In this document: piece by piece, positions 28,164-36,998 of the stretch
How positions within the stretch are numbered: position 1 is the first letter of the stretch
Layout of the letters: every line of letters starts with the position of its first letter
From: Nitrospirota bacterium
GTDB lineage: Bacteria; Nitrospirota; Nitrospiria; Nitrospirales; NS-4
Assembly: GCA_005877855.1 (NCBI GenBank)
Contig: VBOF01000023.1
Location: forward strand, 1 to 38,948
Length of the DNA: 38,948 nucleotides
Direction of reading: 5' to 3'
Position numbers and translations under genes: made by a program
The notes under the pieces: generated by a model
What the model was told of the DNA's origin: nothing
Seen by the model: the letters and a program-made list of their open reading frames with translations, nothing else
The model's database searches: none

Positions 28164-29089
28164 CCCCGATTCGCACAGACGGGCTGACCAAAGAGTTTCG
28201 TCTCGGCCTCGGTCGCCAACGCGTCGTGGCATTGGACCGCTTGAACCTGGAGGTGCACCAGGGCGAGATCTTCGGATTTCTGGGGCATAACGGGGCTGGC
28301 AAGACCACCACCATCAAACTGCTCTTGGGCCTGCTCGCCCCGACTGCCGGACAGGCCTGGATTCTGGATCGGCCGATCGAGGACGTCACCATCAAGCAAC
28401 AGGTGGGTTTTCTCCCGGAGGCCCCGTATTTCTATGAATACCTCACGGCAGAGGAGTTTTTGACCTTCTATGGACAGCTCTTTGGCCTTGGCGGAGCGCC
28501 GCTAACGAAGAAAGTCGAGGAGTTGTTGGAGATGGTCGCCCTGACCGACGCACGTCGTCTCCAGCTCAGAAAATTCTCGAAGGGCATGCTCCAACGGATC
28601 GGCTTGGCGCAGGCGTTAATCAATGACCCTGCCTTGGTCGTTCTGGACGAGCCCATGTCGGGGCTGGATCCCATTGGGAGGCGGGATGTTCGTGATATCA
28701 TACTTAGCCTCAAGGAAGAAGGGAAAACCGTGTTCTTCAGCACCCATATCCTCCCGGATGTCGAGATGATCTGCGATCGGGTGGGCATTCTCGTGCGGGG
28801 ACGTCTCCGGGCCGTGGGGACCGTCCAGGACTTGGTGGGAACAAGCGGCGTCGCTTCCGTCGAAATGGTCGTCGCGGGGCTGACCGACGCCGGCATTCAG
28901 GAAGCCGAGAGGCAAGGCGGGAAGGTGCTTCGCAGAGGAGCGCAGGTCTTGCTCAGACTGGATGATCCGAGCCGGGTGGACTCTCTTGTGGAGCTGGTTC
29001 TCCGATCGGGCGGCCGGCTGGTGTCTCTGGTGCCGCACAAGCGCACGCTGGAAGACCTTTTTCTTGAACAGGTGAAGGCAGGTCTTTGA
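28160..29089 (+). CDS. ABC transporter ATP-binding protein (ABC-2 subfamily)
   Basis: Walker A GHNGAGKTTT, signature variant FSKGMLQR, Walker B LVVLDEP and H-loop FSTH. Confidence 0.9.
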   Translation: MTPIRTDGLTKEFRLGLGRQRVVALDRLNLEVHQGEIFGFLGHNGAGKTTTIKLLLGLLAPTAGQAWILDRPIEDVTIKQQVGFLPEAPYFYEYLTAEEFLTFYGQLFGLGGAPLTKKVEELLEMVALTDARRLQLRKFSKGMLQRIGLAQALINDPALVVLDEPMSGLDPIGRRDVRDIILSLKEEGKTVFFSTHILPDVEMICDRVGILVRGRLRAVGTVQDLVGTSGVASVEMVVAGLTDAGIQEAERQGGKVLRRGAQVLLRLDDPSRVDSLVELVLRSGGRLVSLVPHKRTLEDLFLEQVKAGL

Positions 29090-29856
29090 TGAGCCGGATC
29101 ATTGTGATTGCGCTGAACACCTTCAAAGAGAATCTCCGAGACAAGATTCTCTATAACCTGGTGTTCTTTGGCCTGCTCTTGATCGGCAGTTCGATTCTGT
29201 TGAGCACCTTGACCATGGGGGAGCAGGCCAAGATCATTCAAGACATTGGGCTGGCAAGCATCAATCTCTTCGGTGTCATCATCGCGATCTTCGTCGGGAT
29301 CGGTTTGGTCAGCAAGGAGATTGAGAAGCGGACCATTTATACGATCCTTGCGAAGCCCGTTCAGCGGTATCAATTTCTTCTCGGACGGTACTGCGGATTG
29401 GCTCTCATTCTTTTGGTCAATACTGCGATCATGGTGGTGGGGTTTTTTTTCATTCTCCTCGTCGGAAAGATCAGCCTGGGCTCAGGACTCATCAAGGCGA
29501 TTAGCTTGATCTATATCGAGCTCTTGGTGATCGTGGCAGTGGCCGTCATGTTTTCCAGCTTCACGACGCCGACGCTGAGCGCCAGTTTTACCTTGGCGAT
29601 TTGTGTCATTGGCCATCTGACCGCTGATCTCAGGGTGCTGGGCGCCAAGCTCCAGAATGAGCTGACGAAGGGGATTCTTGACGGACTGTACTACATGCTT
29701 CCCAACCTCGAGTACTTCAACGTGAAGGGCCCGGCTGTGCACGGCATTGCGATCGCGCCGCTGTACGTCGTCTCAGCGATAGCCTACGGGGTCCTCTACA
29801 GCGCGGTGATTTTGCTGATCTCCTGCGTGATCTTCCAGCGAAGGGATTTCAAATGA
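29089..29856 (+). CDS. ABC-2 type transporter permease
   Basis: ~255 aa with six predicted TM helices. The ATG at 29089 overlaps the ATPase stop (TGATG). The track start is TTG at 29086. Confidence 0.75.
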   Translation: MSRIIVIALNTFKENLRDKILYNLVFFGLLLIGSSILLSTLTMGEQAKIIQDIGLASINLFGVIIAIFVGIGLVSKEIEKRTIYTILAKPVQRYQFLLGRYCGLALILLVNTAIMVVGFFFILLVGKISLGSGLIKAISLIYIELLVIVAVAVMFSSFTTPTLSASFTLAICVIGHLTADLRVLGAKLQNELTKGILDGLYYMLPNLEYFNVKGPAVHGIAIAPLYVVSAIAYGVLYSAVILLISCVIFQRRDFK

Positions 29857-30662
29857 CCTCCCCACCCCCACGCGCAAGATCACCGCACCGAGGCCGGGAC
29901 GATCTGAGTCGATTCCAGCGGCTCCAGGTCGAGCATTTCGCGCGCGCGGATGAGGCCAAGTTCCTGTGGCAGACACAGGACGCATACTTAGCCAAGACCG
30001 AGCGAGCGCTACTGGACCGCGTCCCGGTGAAGAGCTCCGATCGGTTGCTGGAGGTGGGATGCGGCGAAGGCGGTAATCTCCAACTGCTGGGGCTCACTCC
30101 CCTGAGTGCGGTGGGCGTTGATTTCTCCCACGCCAAGGTCAGCTGGGCTCGGCATCATTGTGGGGCGGCTAGGTTCGTGTGTGCGGATGGGACACGCCTT
30201 CCCTTCCAGGACGAAACATTCGATGTGGTCTTATGCCGGGATGTCCTCCACCACACCGTAGACAAGTCAGAAGTGGTCGGAGAGCTCATCCGTGTGTGCC
30301 GCGCATTCGGACGAGTCGTGATCATCGAGCCCAACGGCGGCAGTCCGATCGTAGGATTGCTAGGCCTGCTGGTGGAGGCGGAGCGCGAGCTACTCCGAAA
30401 CTCGTTGGGCGGCGTGCTCGCACTGCTGGATCGAGGACAAGTCGCCGAGCCCGATGTGAGCTGGGCGCAGCCGTTTCCCGCAGGCCGGGTGTTATTCCAC
30501 TACCGCTGGGGGCTGCCTCGTCTCTCTGCCTGGTTAGCGGGCGCGGTGCTTGCGGCTGAGCGGCTGATCGGCCGGCTCGTGCCGACGGAACGATGGGCGT
30601 ACATGATCATCACAACGGTCAAGACCGCCTCGGGCAAACCAGTCGTCTCCGAAAGCGTATGA
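29853..30662 (+). CDS. Class I SAM-dependent methyltransferase
   Basis: Motif I LLEVGCGEGGNL, then FDVVLCRDVLHH and GRVVIIEPN. ATGA overlap with the permease gene. Confidence 0.8.
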   Translation: MTSPPPRARSPHRGRDDLSRFQRLQVEHFARADEAKFLWQTQDAYLAKTERALLDRVPVKSSDRLLEVGCGEGGNLQLLGLTPLSAVGVDFSHAKVSWARHHCGAARFVCADGTRLPFQDETFDVVLCRDVLHHTVDKSEVVGELIRVCRAFGRVVIIEPNGGSPIVGLLGLLVEAERELLRNSLGGVLALLDRGQVAEPDVSWAQPFPAGRVLFHYRWGLPRLSAWLAGAVLAAERLIGRLVPTERWAYMIITTVKTASGKPVVSESV

Positions 30663-30672
30663 GGATCAATCT

Positions 30673-32166
30673 GTGAGACTGCAACAAGAACGCGCGGTTC
30701 CCCGGTTTCAGCCATCCGGCAACGGTCAAGCGACGGCGCCTCGCGTCGTCAGTTCCACAGACAAGGCGCGTGCCTTTTTCGATGCGCTCGCACCGACGCG
30801 GGATCGCGACAAGACGCGTCACTGGTATTACTACCGGTACCTGACGGCGTTTCTCCAGTTCGTTGTGCCACCGGGGCAGCGGGTGCTCGAGGTGGGATGC
30901 GGGACCGGAGATCTTCTGGCCGCTGTCGATCCGGTGGTCGGGGTCGGCCTGGACATCAGCCACGCCATGCTCACGATCGCGCGGCGCAAATACCCACACC
31001 TACATTTTGTCCAGAGCGATGCCCATGGTCCTGCTCTGTCCGGTCGCTTCGACTACATCATCCTCTCAGACCTTGTCGGGGATCTGGAAGATGTGCAGGA
31101 GGCCTTTGCCCGCTTGAAACACTTGGCGGGTCCCGGAACCCGTCTGATCATCACGTATTACAACTACCTGTGGGAACCCGTGCTCAAGCTCGCGGAGCGC
31201 CTGGGGCTCAAATCTCCGCAGAACGTCCAGAACTGGTTGCCAGTAGACGACATCGAGGGGTTTCTCGCGCTCTCTGGCTTCGCGACGATCCGCAAGGGCT
31301 ACCGGCTCCTCCTTCCCGTGTACCTTCCCGGCCTGTCCTGGTGCTGCAACACCATCCTGGCGCATCTGCCGGGGGTACGCCGCCTCTGCTTGACCCAATA
31401 CCTCATCGCGCGGGTCGCGCCTGATCCGGCCGACCGTCGCGAGTACTCGTGTTCGGTGATCGTTCCGTGCCGGAACGAGGCCGGGAACATCAGGGAGATC
31501 GTCAACCGGACGCCGTCGCTCGGAGCGGGCACCGAGGTCATCTTTGTGGACGGTAATTCCACCGATGGCACCGTGGATCGCATCCAAGAAACCATCGCGA
31601 GCTATGAGGGACCCAACACGATCCGGTTGATCCACCAGGGCGAAGGGGTTGGGAAGGGCGATGCGGTGCGCAAAGGATTCGAGGCGGCCACGGGGGAGCT
31701 GCTCATCATCCTGGACGCAGACGTGAGCGTGGATCCTGAGGCGCTCCCCAAGTTTTACCACGCGATCGTTGAAGGCCATGGCGAATTCGCTAACGGGAGC
31801 CGCATGGTGTATCCCATGGCGAGTCAGGCGATGCGCCTGCTCAATCTGATCGGCAACAAGGTCTTCAGCATGATCTTTACCTGGCTCCTGGAACAACGCC
31901 TCCGGGACACCCTCTGTGGGACGAAGGCGTTGCTCCAACGGGACTACGAGAAGATCAAGGCCGGCCGATCTTACTTCGGCGACTTCGATCCATTTGGCGA
32001 CTTCGATCTCCTGTTCGGCGCGGCCAAGCAGAACCTGAAAATCGTGGAACTGCCGGTCCGCTACCGGGATCGCACGTACGGGGAGACCAAAATCAGCCGA
32101 TTCCGGCATGGTCTGCTCCTGCTGCGGATGTGTTGGATCGCCTACAAGCGGTTCAGGCTCTATTGA
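30673..32166 (+). CDS. Fusion protein: N-terminal SAM methyltransferase plus C-terminal GT2 polyprenol-phosphate glycosyltransferase (DPM1/GtrB/ArnC-like)
   Basis: N-terminal domain: VLEVGCGTGDLL and FDYIILSDLVGDLED. C-terminal domain: CSVIVPCRNEAGNI, VIFVDGNSTDGT, GKGDAVRKG, ILDADVS and RTYGETKIS. GTG start 7 nt after GAGGA. Confidence 0.8.
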   Translation: MRLQQERAVPRFQPSGNGQATAPRVVSSTDKARAFFDALAPTRDRDKTRHWYYYRYLTAFLQFVVPPGQRVLEVGCGTGDLLAAVDPVVGVGLDISHAMLTIARRKYPHLHFVQSDAHGPALSGRFDYIILSDLVGDLEDVQEAFARLKHLAGPGTRLIITYYNYLWEPVLKLAERLGLKSPQNVQNWLPVDDIEGFLALSGFATIRKGYRLLLPVYLPGLSWCCNTILAHLPGVRRLCLTQYLIARVAPDPADRREYSCSVIVPCRNEAGNIREIVNRTPSLGAGTEVIFVDGNSTDGTVDRIQETIASYEGPNTIRLIHQGEGVGKGDAVRKGFEAATGELLIILDADVSVDPEALPKFYHAIVEGHGEFANGSRMVYPMASQAMRLLNLIGNKVFSMIFTWLLEQRLRDTLCGTKALLQRDYEKIKAGRSYFGDFDPFGDFDLLFGAAKQNLKIVELPVRYRDRTYGETKISRFRHGLLLLRMCWIAYKRFRLY

Positions 32167-32225
32167 GAAAGCGTGGCGCGGCTGGCTGCGGACGCTGAAG
32201 GCCTTCTTGAGATGGGAGCGTGGTT

Positions 32226-33383
32226 ATGAGAGTGCTGGCGGTTGTGCCCCCCGATCCATGGGTGGAGGTGAATGTGCTGCAAACGCTTCGCCAGCACTAC
32301 TGCGAAGACCTCTATGTCTTCCTTTGTCCGGAAGAGAACCAATTGGGACTCCGACAGTGGAGGGCCCGACGCGATGCCTTAAACGAAGACTTGGTACGTC
32401 TCGCAGGAAGCCTTCGATCAACCGGGCGTCTGGACGTGATCTTTTTCATTGTTTACGACGATTTTCTGACAGTCGAGACCGCAAAGAGATTGCGGGCCAT
32501 GGGCGTGGCGATGATCAATTACCATATCGACATGGTCTTCCAGTGGTATCGGGTCATCCGTACGGCTCCATTCTTTGACTTGCTCGCGGTCGCCCAAATG
32601 TCGAATGCTGAGCATCTGGCCGCCTACAATCCGAATATCGAATGGATGCCCATGGCCGCGAATCCGAGCTTTTATCACTCGCGTGCGGGAACCGTCCCCG
32701 CTTACCAGTACCAAGTTTCGTTCATCGGCAGTTTTAATCCATACCGACGTGCGCTACTCGCCGAGTGCGTTCGAAGAAACCTCACTCCGGTAGTATTCGG
32801 ACAGGGCTGGCGGAGTGGGGAGTCCCAGGGTCGGAAATTCAAATGGGACCCGTATAAGGTGCTTCACGATCTTCGATTTTATGCGGTGCCGCGATGGCGG
32901 GTAGAGGGGCTTGCAAGCGTGACGGGTCCGATCACGCGAAAGTATTCGCGGTGGCGCGCGTTAAAGCCTCCCGCCGGCCTGGATTGCCGAGGACCCTGCG
33001 AGACCGAAGCGCTCCCCGCCATTTTCAGAGTCAGCCAGGTGAATCTGGGCTTCTCCGACACAGGCTGGCACAGCAAGAAAGGCATTGTTCGATCCGGGAT
33101 GCTGCAGTGTCGCCTTCGAGACTTCGAAGTCCCCATGTCCGGAGGGTTTTATCTGGTTCAGGAAGCGCCAGACCATCGCGAATATTACGTGATCGGCAAA
33201 GAGATTGAGACGTGGTCTGCGCCCGAAGAGCTCGTCGATAAGGTGAAGTTTTATTCCCGTAACGAAGAAGCCGCTCGGCGAATTCGTGAAGCCGGACAGA
33301 AACGGGCGCTTGAAAGTCACACCTGGCGCCATCGGTTTGATCGCCTGTTTGTTCGACTGCGATCGGTCGGAAGGCTGTCGTGA
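32226..33383 (+). CDS. CgeB-like glycosyltransferase (DUF3880 / Glyco_trans_1_2 type)
   Basis: Contains FIGSFNPYRRALL, and the C-terminal LRDFEVPMSGGFYLVQ...ELVDKVKFYSRNEEAARRIREAGQKRALESHTW resembles CgeB/YkvP family tails. ATG at 32226 behind GGGAG. Confidence 0.55.
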   Translation: MRVLAVVPPDPWVEVNVLQTLRQHYCEDLYVFLCPEENQLGLRQWRARRDALNEDLVRLAGSLRSTGRLDVIFFIVYDDFLTVETAKRLRAMGVAMINYHIDMVFQWYRVIRTAPFFDLLAVAQMSNAEHLAAYNPNIEWMPMAANPSFYHSRAGTVPAYQYQVSFIGSFNPYRRALLAECVRRNLTPVVFGQGWRSGESQGRKFKWDPYKVLHDLRFYAVPRWRVEGLASVTGPITRKYSRWRALKPPAGLDCRGPCETEALPAIFRVSQVNLGFSDTGWHSKKGIVRSGMLQCRLRDFEVPMSGGFYLVQEAPDHREYYVIGKEIETWSAPEELVDKVKFYSRNEEAARRIREAGQKRALESHTWRHRFDRLFVRLRSVGRLS

Positions 33384-33402
33384 GTGCCTGGATAGAAGCG
33401 AG

Positions 33403-34242
33403 ATGAACCTACAAGAGGCTGAAAGTAGCACGATCCTGATCACACCTGCCCAGGGCTGGGTCTCACTGCACCTGAAAGAACTTTGGGAGTATCGGGAGCT
33501 TTTCTATTTCCTGGTCTGGCGGGACATGAAGGTTCGTTATAAGCAGACCATTCTAGGCGTGGCATGGGCAATCCTCCAACCGGTCTTCACGATGTTCGTG
33601 TTCACGGTCTTTTTCGGCTGGCTGGCTCACATGCCTTCTGATGGAGTGCCCTATCCCATCTTTGCCTACTCCGCGTTGCTGCCCTGGCAATTATTTGTCC
33701 GGTCGCTAACTGCCTCGAGCAATAGCGTGGTGGCGAATGAGAACCTCATCACGAAAGTGTACTTTCCACGGCTTGTGGCGCCTCTCTCTGCGACGGTGGC
33801 TGGCGTGTTGGACTTCGCGATTGCCTCTGTGGTGCTGTTCGTCATGATGTGGTTCTACCATATTGTACCAACGAGTGCTGTGTGGTTGCTCCCATTGTTC
33901 GTGCTGCTGGCGATCGCCACCGCATTAGGCGTTGGATTATGGCTCTCGGCGTTGAACGTACAGTATCGCGATGTGGGACATGCCATCCCATTCCTGACAC
34001 AAATCTGGTTGTTTGTTACGCCGATCGTCTATCCCAGCAGCCTAGTACCGGAGCCATGGCGCATCGTGTATGGGCTTAATCCGATGGTCGGTGTGGTCGA
34101 GGGTTTCCGGTGGTCGTTGTTGGGAACGGGAAGCGGACCTGGCGGCATACTGACGGCATCGACGTTGGTAGCCTGCGCGTTACTGGTCTCCGGCATGTTC
34201 TATTTTCGTCGCATGGAGCAAACGTTTGCGGATACGGTGTGA
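33403..34242 (+). CDS. wzm: Polysaccharide ABC exporter permease (ABC-2, Wzm/TagG type)
   Basis: LWEYRELFYFLVWRDMKVRYKQTILGVAWAILQPVFTMFVFTVFFG is the hallmark Wzm/KpsM N-terminal motif. ATG at 33403; the upstream part of track ORF 33286.. overlaps the previous gene. Confidence 0.85.
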   Translation: MNLQEAESSTILITPAQGWVSLHLKELWEYRELFYFLVWRDMKVRYKQTILGVAWAILQPVFTMFVFTVFFGWLAHMPSDGVPYPIFAYSALLPWQLFVRSLTASSNSVVANENLITKVYFPRLVAPLSATVAGVLDFAIASVVLFVMMWFYHIVPTSAVWLLPLFVLLAIATALGVGLWLSALNVQYRDVGHAIPFLTQIWLFVTPIVYPSSLVPEPWRIVYGLNPMVGVVEGFRWSLLGTGSGPGGILTASTLVACALLVSGMFYFRRMEQTFADTV

Positions 34243-34245
34243 GCC

Positions 34246-35556
34246 ATGGGTGATACTGCCATCCGTGTAGAAAACGTATGCAAACGCTATCGCATCGGCC
34301 AGCGCCAACGGTACAAGACTCTCCGTGACGCGCTGTTTGGCGTCATGGGTACGCCGTTTCGAGGCCTAGGTGCGTGTTTGAGTGGTCAAGGTACATCGAA
34401 GAGCTATCAGGAATCAGACAACTTTATCTGGGCGCTCAAAGATGTATCCTTTGAGGTCAAGCGTGGAGAAGTCATTGGCGTCGTCGGGCGGAATGGGGCT
34501 GGCAAGAGCACGCTCCTGAAAATTCTGTCTCGTATCACTAAGCCTACGAAGGGCTTCGCGGAGATCCATGGCCGTGTGGGGTCGTTGCTGGAAGTGGGCA
34601 CCGGTTTTCATCCGGAACTGACTGGTCGCGAGAACATTTACCTGAACGGCGCCATTCTCGGAATCAAGAGAAAGGACATAGATCGCCGGTTCGATGAGAT
34701 CGTGGCTTTTGCCGAGGTGGAGAAGTTTATTGATACTCCCATTAAGCATTATTCGAGCGGGATGTACCTGCGCTTGGCTTTTGCCGTAGCCGCCCACCTA
34801 GAGCCGGAAATTCTGCTGGTGGACGAGGTGCTTGCCGTAGGTGATGTCGCCTTCCAGAAAAAATGTATGGGCAAGATGGGAGATGTGGCCAAAGAAGGAA
34901 GGACAGTGCTGTTGATAAGCCATAATATGGCGGCGGTGGAAAACCTGTGCCAGCGAGGGGTGGTCCTTCACCAAGGGCAGATCACATATATCGGTAACCA
35001 GGCTGAGGCTATCGCTCAATACCTGAAAAGCCTAAGCGGGAACGCGCTCTCTTTGATGGATCGAAAGGACCGCATTGGATCCGGCGCCGTGCGAGTGGTC
35101 GGCATCGAAGTAAAAGATGTGCATGGGAATACCCTTGATTCTGTAGCCAGTGCTCAAGACCTGGATCTTTACCTTTACTTCGTGACCGCAACCGGTTTCC
35201 GCAGTCGGAGGGTCATTGCCAGCCTGCTTTTGAAGACTCAGTTGGATGTGCCAGTCTTTCTCCACCACAATCGGCTGACCGGCGATGAGTTTGGGGAATT
35301 GCCTGAATCGGGCGCCTTTGTCTGTCGTTTGCAACGGTTGCCGCTGCCGCCCTCCACCTACCAGATTACGTACAGCATCCTGGCAGATGGAGAGTGCCTC
35401 GATGGGATCACCAATGCTGTCGAGATGACGGTCGTCGAGGGTGATTTTTTCGGGTCTGGCGAGGTTCCGCCGATCAGTCACGGCGTGTGCTTGGCCGAGG
35501 GCAGGTGGAGGCTACTGCCCGGGTGCGCTCCTTCGGGTCTCAGAAGGCAGTCATGA
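34246..35556 (+). CDS. wzt: Polysaccharide ABC exporter ATPase with C-terminal glycan-binding (Wzt_C-like) domain
   Basis: Walker A GRNGAGKSTLLK, signature YSSGMYLRLAFA and Walker B LLVDEVLAVGD. An extra ~170 aa beta-rich C-terminal domain is present, as in Wzt proteins that recognise capped O-polysaccharide. Confidence 0.85.
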   Translation: MGDTAIRVENVCKRYRIGQRQRYKTLRDALFGVMGTPFRGLGACLSGQGTSKSYQESDNFIWALKDVSFEVKRGEVIGVVGRNGAGKSTLLKILSRITKPTKGFAEIHGRVGSLLEVGTGFHPELTGRENIYLNGAILGIKRKDIDRRFDEIVAFAEVEKFIDTPIKHYSSGMYLRLAFAVAAHLEPEILLVDEVLAVGDVAFQKKCMGKMGDVAKEGRTVLLISHNMAAVENLCQRGVVLHQGQITYIGNQAEAIAQYLKSLSGNALSLMDRKDRIGSGAVRVVGIEVKDVHGNTLDSVASAQDLDLYLYFVTATGFRSRRVIASLLLKTQLDVPVFLHHNRLTGDEFGELPESGAFVCRLQRLPLPPSTYQITYSILADGECLDGITNAVEMTVVEGDFFGSGEVPPISHGVCLAEGRWRLLPGCAPSGLRRQS

Positions 35557-36203
35557 GCAGGAACCTGGTATCCCACATCCGACAGGTGGTGAGGGCTTTC
35601 GTTGGTCGTGACGATCTTACCGAGCCGCTTGAGGTGAAACGGTCTGAGTGGAGGTTCTATCTAGATTATTTGCCGAGCAGCGCGGGGTTCAAACAGTTGA
35701 AAACCGCTTGTGAGTTATCCGGTCGAAGCAATATCGTGTTGAGCAACGTCGCGTTGGCGGACCGAGAGGGTGTTGTCAAACTGCATGTCTATGATCGCGA
35801 CCACCTGAGTTGGAGCTCCCTGGCCGAACGCCCTTTGCATAGATATGGACTTCCCGTGCAGTCAGTGGGGACAGAGGAGGTTCTGGCAACCACTGTTGAC
35901 GCCTTTTGTGAGAAAAATGCCATCTCCCGGATCGACTTGCTCAAAATAGATGTTGAAGGCGCGGAGTATCAGGTCCTGCTTGGCGCGCGATGCATGCTGC
36001 AAGAGAAACGCGTCCGCTGTTGCGTTTTCGAATTTGGCGCGACCACGTTCGATATGGGCAACGACCCTGACGCCATTGAGGACTACTTAACTGGATTGGG
36101 CTATCGGCTTCGCAATATCGTGAGCCGAGATCCCGTCTTCCCCGGGCGCACTGGTGCCGAGGCGGCGCGCTTTTCCATGCACGTGGCGACACCTGAGCCA
36201 TGA
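35553..36203 (+). CDS. FkbM-family methyltransferase-like protein, N-terminally degenerate
   Basis: NVALADREGVVKLHV and LLKIDVEGAEYQVLLGA are typical of FkbM/Methyltransf_21. The expected DxGANxG SAM loop is not visible. ATGA overlap with wzt. Confidence 0.6.
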   Translation: MSRNLVSHIRQVVRAFVGRDDLTEPLEVKRSEWRFYLDYLPSSAGFKQLKTACELSGRSNIVLSNVALADREGVVKLHVYDRDHLSWSSLAERPLHRYGLPVQSVGTEEVLATTVDAFCEKNAISRIDLLKIDVEGAEYQVLLGARCMLQEKRVRCCVFEFGATTFDMGNDPDAIEDYLTGLGYRLRNIVSRDPVFPGRTGAEAARFSMHVATPEP

Positions 36204-36949
36204 TACGAGAAGCCTCTTGGATGCTGCGATATGCCGGCCGTTCGCTTCGCGACACGGTGCGCGCATGGCCCCGTGGACTTGCTGGATGGAAGAAATTCTG
36301 GGCGAGCTATCTGCAGTATACGCGGATGGCTCCGTCGGACCGACAGCCGCTGGTGGGTTTTTTATATCCCTGCCTGGGCGATGATACGGCAGAAACTCCC
36401 ATCGAGCCCACGTACTTCTACCAGGATGCCTGGGCGTTTGAAAAAATAGTGCGAAACCGCCCCGTTCGACATGTAGATGTCGGCTCTCACTACAAGTTCG
36501 TCGCGTTGCTTTCGAAAGTCGTTCCGGTCACGATGGTGGATTTGCGACCGCTCTCGCTGCCCCTCGACTCAGTCGCATTTGAGAAGGGTTCGATTTTGAA
36601 TTTGCCCTTCGCGAGCCGCTCGGTGCCCTCCGTCTCCAGTCTGTGTGTTGTGGAACACATCGGCTTGGGGCGCTACGGCGACCCCCTCGACTCGTTCGGT
36701 TCTGAACAGGCTATTCAGGAACTCAGGCGTGTTGTCCAGCCCGGTGGAGACCTGTACGTGTCCGTTCCTCTCGACGACGAGAATCGCGTCTATTTCAACG
36801 CGCATCGGGCTTTTCGCGAGGACTACGTACTGAAGTTGTTCGAGCCCTTCCAGGTTGTGGAGCGCCGGTATATCTATGGCAAAACTTTTACTGACCGACT
36901 TCAGCCAGGGTTCGGCATAGGGTGCTATCACCTGAAATGCAGGTGTTGA
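36200..36949 (+). CDS. SAM-dependent methyltransferase-like protein (DUF268/Methyltransf_11-like)
   Basis: HVDVGSHYKFVALL..., ILNLPFASRSVPSVSSLCVVEHIGLGRYGD and VVQPGGDLYVSVP. ATGA overlap with the preceding gene. Confidence 0.55.
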   Translation: MIREASWMLRYAGRSLRDTVRAWPRGLAGWKKFWASYLQYTRMAPSDRQPLVGFLYPCLGDDTAETPIEPTYFYQDAWAFEKIVRNRPVRHVDVGSHYKFVALLSKVVPVTMVDLRPLSLPLDSVAFEKGSILNLPFASRSVPSVSSLCVVEHIGLGRYGDPLDSFGSEQAIQELRRVVQPGGDLYVSVPLDDENRVYFNAHRAFREDYVLKLFEPFQVVERRYIYGKTFTDRLQPGFGIGCYHLKCRC

Positions 36950-36998
36950 GCGAGGCTCGCATGAATTTCCTCGCAATGATTCTGCGGTAGGGCACGGT

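Noticed and set aside
31066-32109. 347 aa minus-strand ORF, and similar ones at 2680..3486 and 12759..13511
   Set aside because: They lie opposite well-supported plus-strand genes, with no recognisable domains and a biased composition.
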